Source: Phycisphaerae bacterium (GTDB lineage Bacteria; Planctomycetota; Phycisphaerae; UBA1845). Taken from it: a stretch of DNA of 64,000 bases. A program made the position numbers and the translations under genes. Positions 48,074 through 56,800 of this stretch are shown piece by piece. Where the stretch lies: positions 672,001 through 736,000 of the forward strand of contig CAXXGO010000001.1 in NCBI GenBank assembly GCA_963666835.2. Direction: 5' to 3'. The notes beneath the pieces were generated by a model. It was not told where the DNA came from. It did not search any database and saw nothing but the letters and a program-made list of their open reading frames with translations. Position 1 is the first letter of the stretch, and each line of letters opens with the position of its first letter.

Positions 48074-48402
48074 GATCTTCCTCCCCGTGGCTTTCGGGAG
48101 GCGGTCTTTTTTCGGGAGTGCGGTTTCTTCTTCTGACCGTGCGAACAGACCAGATGCCATTCGTGGCAGATCTTGCACTCCTTCATCTGATGATCTACGG
48201 AGAACGACTCCCAGTGCGCCCGCTGCTCCGGCGTCAGGATGCCCGTGCCGAGACAGAGCGGGCAGGTGTTCTCCAGCGCGGCCAGCACGGCCGACCGGAT
48301 GAACAGAGACCGATTCGGAATACCCTGCAGGGCCTCCACCAGGGACTCGTCAGCTTTGAAAGTGACGACCGTTTGCTTTGTCGCAGCCTTTGTTTGAGAC
48401 AT
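48070..48402 (-). CDS. Small ribbon-helix-helix (CopG-like) regulator with a Cys/His metal-binding C-terminus
   Basis: VVTFKADESL...NRSLFIRSAVLAAL (beta-alpha-alpha pattern), then CPLCLGTG and CKICHEWHLVC. Confidence 0.7.
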   Translation of the reverse strand: MSQTKAATKQTVVTFKADESLVEALQGIPNRSLFIRSAVLAALENTCPLCLGTGILTPEQRAHWESFSVDHQMKECKICHEWHLVCSHGQKKKPHSRKKTASRKPRGGRS

Positions 48403-48606
48403 TTCGCGATCATCCATCGGCAGTTTCGCCGGGCTATCTGCTCAATAAGAGTACGGCGACGCCGGGTTCGTAGTTCTTCGATCTTGGCAAGAAGGGAAGT
48501 TGAAGACACGTCGACGTTTGTCGGTACCGGGCTCCGTAGGGTTCGGCTCCCATTCTCAACGGGCTACCGGTGCGCCACCGTCCCCAAGCCCGCACCTGAA
48601 GCACCC

Positions 48607-48646
48607 TAGTATTACTAAACAATACCCCATCCGGAAGCGTTGTCAA
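48607..48646 (-). promoter_or_regulatory. Putative sigma70 promoter and palindromic operator of the regulator-znuACB operon
   Basis: Minus strand TTGACA (48646-48641), 16 bp, TATTGT (48624-48619), followed by the palindrome TAGTA-A-TACTA (48617-48607). Confidence 0.55.
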
Positions 48647-50208
48647 ATGACCCGGTTGGGTGCGTTCAGCGGCGCTCTTATCGGGGCTCGCCAAGCCTGT
48701 GAGGTGTTCCGCTTCCGGGGATGACCGGCCATCTCGGGTTTGCCCTTGGCCTCGAGACCCTTGCCGGGTTGATCGTTCTCCGGCCGGTCGTCGTTCGGTG
48801 GCGGGGCGTCGATCAGCAGGAGCCCGCGGTGCTGGGGGCGGAGGAGGCGGAATCCGACATCGAGGGGGCGGGCCTTGATGCCTGCGCTTTGAACGATACC
48901 CCCGTCGTCAACCCGGTTATCCGCGATTGAGTAGATCACAATCCCCGTATCGGTCGTGGCCAGGCGTAGCGGGGCTTCGTCGAACGGGTCGGTGGGGACC
49001 GCATCCAGGTAGTCGGGCACAAGCTCGTCGAGTGTCTCGGGAAGCCGGCCGGTAGCCAGCCGGAAACGCTCGGCCGCGACGGCGGCTCTGGCGCAGTCCA
49101 GGTGCGCTATTCCGCGAAGGTGCAGGTTGATGGTGGTGGACATCGTCGGCATAAGACTGGTTACCAGGAAGTGTGTCGCTGACAACAGGGGAGTTTCCCG
49201 GTTGATCCGTGCTGCGGCCTCGATCATCTCACTCGGCTTGTCCGCGGCCTCCACCAGCCAGGTCAGCATTTCGGTGCCGCAAACTTGACTGCGGCGCGCG
49301 AGTATCTCGGGAGCTAATGGTATGCCGAATCCGCGGCCGCTCATGTCGGCGACATCTGCCATCGATAGCGTCCCTGTTGCCACTTTTTCGGTTATCTCGA
49401 TGAACCAAGCCCGTTCACCGAGGAGAGCCCACTTCATCGTGCCTGCCGCACGGCGCGAATCGACGGTGTCCGCAAGTTCGGCCAGCGTCTGTTCTTCAAG
49501 TTCACCAACCCGCAGGACGTTCTCGATCCCTCTGACCGACATAGCTTCCACAGCGATTTGGACTAGCCGTCCGATCACCGACGGATATTCGTCCAGCGTG
49601 GCCGCGAGGTGGAACTGCAGATGCAGAATCTCGGCCGCTTGCTCCAGGTTGCCGTCAGTCAGTCTCAGGGCGCAATCGACGTATTCCAACTTGGCGGCCG
49701 GTCGGAATCCTGCAAGAGAACCAAACAGGAGCTCATCGGGTTTCACGATTTCTTCGGTGGGTATCGGGAAACGGCCTGTCGGCATGTCGCGGAGTACGGC
49801 GAGCTTGGTCAACAGCTTTCGATGCTGATTGACGAACGCGCGCGTGGGTTCGATCTGGTGGCGGGCGATGCCGCTGAAGAAATCCGGCCCGTTGCCCTTG
49901 ATGGGCCACACCGACTCGTCGGCGGCCCACCAGTCTTGACCGGCTCCGTTCAGCAGGTCGTTAAGACCTTCAATGACTAGCGCACTATTGCGCTCGTCCG
50001 GGATCTTGGTGCGTTGGGCCTCGATTTCGTCGAAGGTGAGCGGTCCGTCGTTGCGAAGCGCGGCGGCATATCGTTCCCATCTTGCTCGCGACATGCTCGT
50101 GAGGGCGATAAGGGTGATAAGCGCCACCGCGGTAATGGCCCCTACGACCATCAACGTCTTGACCATCGGAGAGAAGCGGGGGCGGGTGCTGCCATTGGTT
50201 TGGGTCAT
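48643..50208 (-). CDS. Membrane-anchored hypothetical protein, paralog of 29086..30441
   Basis: N-terminal TM; DFFSGI; WALLGERA; AAERFRLATGRLPETLDELVPDYLDAVPTDPFD...IYS; FRLL...RGLLLID. Confidence 0.7.
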   Translation of the reverse strand: MTQTNGSTRPRFSPMVKTLMVVGAITAVALITLIALTSMSRARWERYAAALRNDGPLTFDEIEAQRTKIPDERNSALVIEGLNDLLNGAGQDWWAADESVWPIKGNGPDFFSGIARHQIEPTRAFVNQHRKLLTKLAVLRDMPTGRFPIPTEEIVKPDELLFGSLAGFRPAAKLEYVDCALRLTDGNLEQAAEILHLQFHLAATLDEYPSVIGRLVQIAVEAMSVRGIENVLRVGELEEQTLAELADTVDSRRAAGTMKWALLGERAWFIEITEKVATGTLSMADVADMSGRGFGIPLAPEILARRSQVCGTEMLTWLVEAADKPSEMIEAAARINRETPLLSATHFLVTSLMPTMSTTINLHLRGIAHLDCARAAVAAERFRLATGRLPETLDELVPDYLDAVPTDPFDEAPLRLATTDTGIVIYSIADNRVDDGGIVQSAGIKARPLDVGFRLLRPQHRGLLLIDAPPPNDDRPENDQPGKGLEAKGKPEMAGHPRKRNTSQAWRAPIRAPLNAPNRVI

Positions 50209-50384
50209 CTACGGTATTCCCTGGGTTCTTCTACCCGGCGCCCGGCCGAGCCGTGCCTATTACATTGCAGAACGGTGGCCGCACCTTGCATAAGTAAGAC
50301 GCGTCGGAGTTTGCTACGTTATCCCCCGGTACTGGGCGAAACAGGGCGGATGCGGCCCGAAGAGGGGAAGGGTATGTCCCTGTT

Positions 50385-50822
50385 TTAAGCTGACGCGGGG
50401 TCTTCCGGAGGTTCCGGTATCGGTTCGAGCTTGAGCCGCCAAGTCAGGACGGTGGCCAGGGCTGCGGTGATTGCCAATTGGATGCCGAGGCGGGTCCAGT
50501 TGATACTCATCGGCTTGGCGGTGGCAGAGGGGCCTGGTTTTGGGGGGAACCCCACTAACGCATAGCCGGTCGAGACGGTTTCGGTTACATAGCGGGATTC
50601 GTACTGCCCGGGTTCTGCGGCTGCGTTAACCCACTGTCCTACCTCGCCGAGCCACGGGGGGAAGAGGATCATGGCGATGGCCGTGATGGCGGCCACCCAT
50701 AACACGGGGCGTTGTCGCCGGTTGCCCCTGCGGATCGAGCCGGTCAGGACGGCGAACACGAAGACGGCGCCCACCAGCAACCAGATGGGATTCACCATGC
50801 CCTCCGGGGTTGCGCCGTGCAC
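50385..50822 (-). CDS. Small hypothetical membrane protein (about 3 TM segments)
   Basis: Three hydrophobic stretches and LFPPW. It fills the gap co-directionally after the S8 gene. Confidence 0.55.
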   Translation of the reverse strand: MHGATPEGMVNPIWLLVGAVFVFAVLTGSIRRGNRRQRPVLWVAAITAIAMILFPPWLGEVGQWVNAAAEPGQYESRYVTETVSTGYALVGFPPKPGPSATAKPMSINWTRLGIQLAITAALATVLTWRLKLEPIPEPPEDPASA

Positions 50823-50888
50823 TTGTTTATCCTCCTTACCGGTTTCGACGGACCCTCCGGGACGGATCGGCAGTTGTTTCGTTAATAT

Positions 50889-53800
50889 CTAACCTGCGGG
50901 CGTAGTACAAGGGTCGGGCGGCAGGGTCCGCGTCAGCCAGGGGCTGTACTCTCCGGCGCCGTTGAGCAGGTCGATCAGGGCGAGGATGTCGCCGGCGGTG
51001 GTCGTGCTGCTCCGGTTGATATCCGTGGAATGGAGTGGCAAAGCTTCGCCCGCTCCGTTGTTGAGCGACTGGACCAGCGCGGTGATGTCCGTTGCCTCGC
51101 TGATACGGTCGCCGCTTACGTCGCCCGGAAGACAGCCCAGGCAAACGCGGCTGCTGCTATCCAGGTGCGCTATGACCGTCCACGCTTCCGGCTCGATCGG
51201 TTTGCTCAGGTGCAGGCGGATCGAGTCCGGTGCCAGAGTTTCGACGCTCGAGATTCCAGGCGGGTTGCCGTCTCCTCCGTCTTGGGTCACGCAGAAGTCA
51301 GCCGCGGTTAGATTGGATACGTCGCCGTCGAACGTCAAGTCGATCGAGCTGAAGCCCCACAAGTCGGCGGCTCGATCGAAGGCGAGCGGTTGACGGGCGT
51401 CGATGGCGCCGGTGGGAGGATCGCTGTCGATTATTGAACCGGCCGGGGTCTCACACTCGTCGGGCACTCCGTTGCGGTTATTGTCCGCGCTGGTGCCGAC
51501 GGCGGAATAGGCCAAGGCCACAGAGATGAAAGACCCGGTTCGACAGCGGAAGGCGTTTACGGTTTCGCTGGCGATCAGCTCGACCGTGACGGATCCGTCG
51601 TCGATTGCCGCATTGTATACGCTATAGGGTACGATCAGCGTTGCGACATCCGCTCCGGTCGGGCAAGCGTTAGCACCATCTCCGAACAGTGTGCCGACAG
51701 GTGTACCACTCAGGCGGACGGCAATCTCCTCTCCAGTACCGTTCAGGTCGGCGCGAACCTGGAGCGTCATGATGACGTCACTTACTGCCGCGGGGGCCGC
51801 GAGGATTGTGAAACTCTGCGGGAAGCCGGTACCGATTGGAGACAACAACGGCGACGAGGTTTCGAACGGGACGGCGATGTCACACTCGTCCGGCAGATCG
51901 TTGTTGTTGCAGTCGGCGCTGCCTCCGGGCGCGGGGGTGTCGGCGATGTCGCACGCGTCCGGAACCCCGTTGTCGTTGCAGTCCGTGGCGATCCCCGCGG
52001 CGATTTCATGGGAGTCGGGAACTCCGTTGTTGTCGCAGTCGGCGAACGCGTTCGCCTCATCCGCCCCGATGTCGGCCACCCCGAAGAGCACTCGAGGATC
52101 ACTGTCGATGTCCGCTTCGCCAGTGTCCGGTACGTACGCCGGATCACCGGAGTTGATGCAGATCGATGTCGGGCTCAAGTGGTGATCGTTGTCCTCCCAC
52201 GCTAGGTTGTCGTCGTCGGGCCCGTCGGCGTCGAGGAACCGCGGGTTTGCGTCTATATTGCCCGCTCCCCACACGATAGCGCTGCCCGCGTCGGCGTATA
52301 CTGCCGCCTGACCGCCTTCGATATCGCAGTATTGCAGGGTAAGAACTGCTTCTTCGGATACCGCAACTCTCGGCGAGGCGGCCGAGCCGTTACCCCAGAT
52401 AATGGAATCGTGGACAATCGGTGCGCCACCGACGAAGCGCAGGGCGTTGCCGTTGCCGCTAATCGTGCTGTGTGCGAGTATCGGGCTGCTGCCCTCCCGA
52501 GCGTAGGTGCCGTATCCTCGATTGTCGACGATTAAGCAGCTCTCGACGATCGGGTGTCCTTCCCAGCAGTAGACGCCCTGACTGTAGTTGCCTGCTATAG
52601 CGCACCGGCGGAACAACGGGCGGCTGCCGTAGAGGGTGTAGACGCCCGATCCGATATTGCCGACGATCCGGCATCCTTCGATAAGCGGGCTGCTTCCATG
52701 GGAACTTAGTACGCCTACGCTACAGTTGGTGATGGTCAGTCCTTCCACTCGCGTCTTAGCGCTCTCGCCGTTGAGGAAGCGGAAACCCTGCTCGACGCCG
52801 TCGCCGTCAACCACACAGGTGGCCGGCGGGCCCGCGCAACGCAGGGTCACCACCTTGCCGTTGAACTCCACCCAGGTGTTGCCCTCTCCGCGATAGAGGC
52901 CCTCGGCCAGGAGGATCACGTCTCCGGGCTGGGCGAGATCGATGGCGTGTTGGATGTGCCGGTATTCGCCGGGTACGTGAAGCACGCGCTGGCATTCGTC
53001 GGGTATACCGTTTGGTTCGGCGTCTGCACTGGCGCCGGTGGTGATGTCCCAGGCGTCCGGCATCCCGTTGGCGTTACAGTCGGGTTCGCATTCGTCCGGG
53101 ACCCCATTGTCATCGGCATCGGCACTCAAGCCGAGGTCGATATCACAGTCGTCGGCGAAGTCATTGCTGTTGCAGTCGGGCTCGCACTCGTCCGGAGTGC
53201 CATTCTGGTTGCAGTCCTTGCTGACGCCGAGCACATCACACTCATCCGGCGAGTCGTTATCATTGCAGTCGGCACTTGTTTCATTCGTGACATCGCAGTC
53301 ATCGGGTGTTCCGTTGCTATTGCAGTCCGGTTCGCACTCGTCCGGGGTACCGTTGTTGTTGCAGTCGGCGCTGGAGAGATCGAGCACGTCGCAACTATCG
53401 CCCCGGCCGTTGGCGTTGCAGTCGGGTTCGCACTCGTCCGGCAGCCCCTCGCCGCCGCAGTCCGAGCTGGTTCCGCCGGCGATGTCGAGGTCGTCCGGCA
53501 CCCCGTTGCCGTTGCAGTCCGTGTCGACGAAGAGCGTTAGCGGTTCCAGGCCGAGCGGTTGGAGTTCCGTGCTCGTTTTGTCGCTCAGATAGGTATACAG
53601 TGGATGAGTTATGAATCCGACCTCGAACCGACCGGTGGCGTCAGCAGAAACGTCGAGTATCAGTGTTCCGCAGTAGCCGGGCATTCCCTGGTCGGGTACT
53701 GAATCCACCAGGCCCAACGCGCCATAGCGATAGTTGGGCTGAGTCGAGTCAACGGCCGAGATGATGTCAATCCCGGCGAATGTGAAATCTGCGCGGGCAT

Positions 53801-56800
53801 GATCTATGAAAGCTCCCGCGGACGGAGCGGGATCGATCAGCGGACTTAGTCGTCCTGAGCGTCCACTAACGTAACCGGACGCATCGATGGTCGCCTGATA
53901 CAACTGGAGATTCTGCGGGAACCAATTCACCACGAATATCTCGCAGGTCACTCGGTCGCCGGGGGCGATGGTAGCGGACCCGGCAGGGCCGCCCGCGATC
54001 GGGAGCCCGTTGATCTCGCCGGCGCGTAGCGCGAAGTACACTCCGCAGTTCGGCACCGGAGTCCCGACACAGGTATCCCCCACACAGGTGTCGTTCACGG
54101 TGCAGCGATCGCCGTCGTCGCACGGTCCCGTGGTGACAGTGTAACGACACGAGCCCGCAACACACTCCTCTATCGTGCAGGCGTTGAGGTCGTCGCAATC
54201 CGAATCACCCAGGCAATCCGCGCAGTCATTCGTGTCCTCGCGGCAGTATTGTCCCGGGCAGGGGTCGGCTCCGGTTTGGCACCAGCCGTTTGCGCAGAAC
54301 TCGGCTCCGTTGCAGAATAGTCCGTCATCGCAATCGGCATCCGCGTCACAAAGCTCGCACTCGTCCAGGACTTGATTGGCGTTCAGATCCTCGGATTCCC
54401 CGTATGCCAGATCACATTCGTCGGCGACCCCGTTATCGTTGCAGTCATCGCTCGTGCCGCCGGCGATATCGCAGTCATCCGCTATCCCGTTTTCGTTGCA
54501 GTCCGCCTCACACTCGTCGGGTAAGGCATTCCCGTTGCAGTCCGCACTGCGGTGTTCTCCGATGTCCTGGTCGTCCGGCTTGCCGTTACCGTTGCAGTCC
54601 GGGGAGAACTCGAAGGCCCCGAGGTCCAATCTGCCTATCAGTCTCTCGTTACCATCGAGATCGACCTCTCGGAAACCCGCCGGCCCGAAGTGAGGGTCAC
54701 CGGCGTCGATGGCCGGGGATCGCGGCAGAAGATGGTAGTCGGAATGAGCCGGATCGCGGAACAGCGGGTCGACCGCCAGGTTCTCGCCGCTCCACGCGGT
54801 AAGGCCGCCTCCGACAAACCCGTCCGTGCCGCCCTGAACGTCGCTGTAGGCAAAATCGAGTTCACTTCGGGTGTCGGCGTATACCTGGCCGACGTAGTTC
54901 AGCGATCCTCCCTGCCATACGATGGTGTTGCGGAGATTCGCGTCGGCCGACGTAGCGTAGAGGGCATGTCCGGAGCCGCCCGTAGCTCGGTTTCCGGCAA
55001 TCGTGCACCTTTGTGCGTTTAAATTGCTCCGATACCAATAGACCGCCCCGCCGTTGCGGGCCGTGTTGTCCGAGATGAGGCAGTTGGTCAGTATGACGTC
55101 GCTGCCGTTCATCGCGCCCACCCCGCCGCCGCCATATCCGGCCGTGTTGCCCGAGATGCTGCAATACTGCAGGATCGGGCGGCTCTCCAGGGCGTAGATT
55201 GCTCCTCCGGTACTTCCGCCGGCGGTGTTGTTGCGGAGCAGGCAGTGCGTGATCGTCGGCTGTCCCGATCGGCAATACAGGCCACCGCCGGAGTTCTCAG
55301 CCGTGCAATCGACGATCCGGCAGTTGAAGATCGTGGGGCTGCTGTTAGTGCAGTAGACTCCCGCCCCGAGATCCGCGCGGCAGTTGCGGATGGTTACGCC
55401 CTCCAGCCGCGACGAACGGCTTTCACCGGTGTGGAAGATGAACCCGCGACTGACGTGCTCGCCGTCGATGATGCTCTCACCCGGGTGAGACTCACCGCGT
55501 ACGGTAATCGCCCGACCGTGGAAGTCGAGATCTCGATTGCCGCTTCGCCGGTAGATTCCGTCAGCGATGATGATCAGATCTCCCGAGCGGCTGACGTCGA
55601 TTGCTTCCTGGATGGCGTCGTACGGATGTTCGAGGGTGCCGTCTTCGAGAGGGTCGCTCAGCGCCGGGTCGCCCGGACCGGCATCGCCGGGGCCGTCGTC
55701 ATCTACGTAGAACACTCTTCCGGGCTCGCACTCATCGGGGATGCGGTTACCGTTGCGGTCCTGGCTGTAGCCCCAGGCGATATCACATTCGTCCGCTACT
55801 CCGTTGTGGTTGCAGTCCGGTTCGCACTCGTCCGGGATCCCATTGCCATTGCAGTCCTCGCTGGTGCCGCCCGCCAGGTCCGCGCTGTCGTCAATCCCGT
55901 TGTTGTTGCAGTCCGTATCGATGTACTCGTCGGCGCCGATGTCAACGCGGCCTAAGAACACCCGCGGTTCTCCGTCGAGGTCGGTGGCGGTGGCGGAGAA
56001 GAAGGCCGGGTCGCCGGCGTCGATGCAGGGGGAGTTGTCGGTCAGGTGGTAATCGCCGCCGGCGATGAAGGCGGGGTCGGCGTCGAGGTTGCCCGTGCCC
56101 ACCCAGCCGCCTTCCACGTCACTGTACGAAACGGTCGGCTCTCCGAAGATCTGGTCCGGGCCGGTCTCGCCGAGGTTGCCCCATAGAATACTGCTGGTCA
56201 CCGTCGGGATCGCGTCGTTGCAGTGCAACGCCCCGCCGCGGTAGCCGTCGGCGAGGTTGTCCACGATAGTGCAGTTGCGAATCAACGCGTTGCTCAGATA
56301 GCACGCGATTCCGCCGCCGAGGAACGATTGGTTCCCCGAAATCACGCTGTCGGTGATGGCGGCCGGGCTGTTCTCGAAACAGTAGACCCCGCCGCCCGAG
56401 TTGGTCGTCTCGTTCCCGGTAATCGTACACCGGTCGATCGCCGGGCTGCTCCGCTCACAATAAATCCCACCGCCGCCGTATTCCACGAGAATCGTCGGCG
56501 CGATCGAGTTATCCTGCAACACGCAACGCCTTATCGTCGGATTGCTGTCCACGCAGTAGATCGCCCCGCCGCGATACGAGCCGAAGGTGCTGCCCACTGC
56601 GGCCGTGCCGTTGCGGATCGTCAAACCGTCCAGGACCGCCGATCTGGTTTCATTGCTGTGGAAGAAGAAACCCCGACCTGCGCCCTGCGGGTCGATGACC
56701 GTACCGGCCACGACTGCCGCGTTCGCCGGGTCGGTGCTCTGTAGGGTGATCAGCCGACCGCCGAAGTCCAGGTCCCGGTTATGGCGGCCTTGATAGACGC

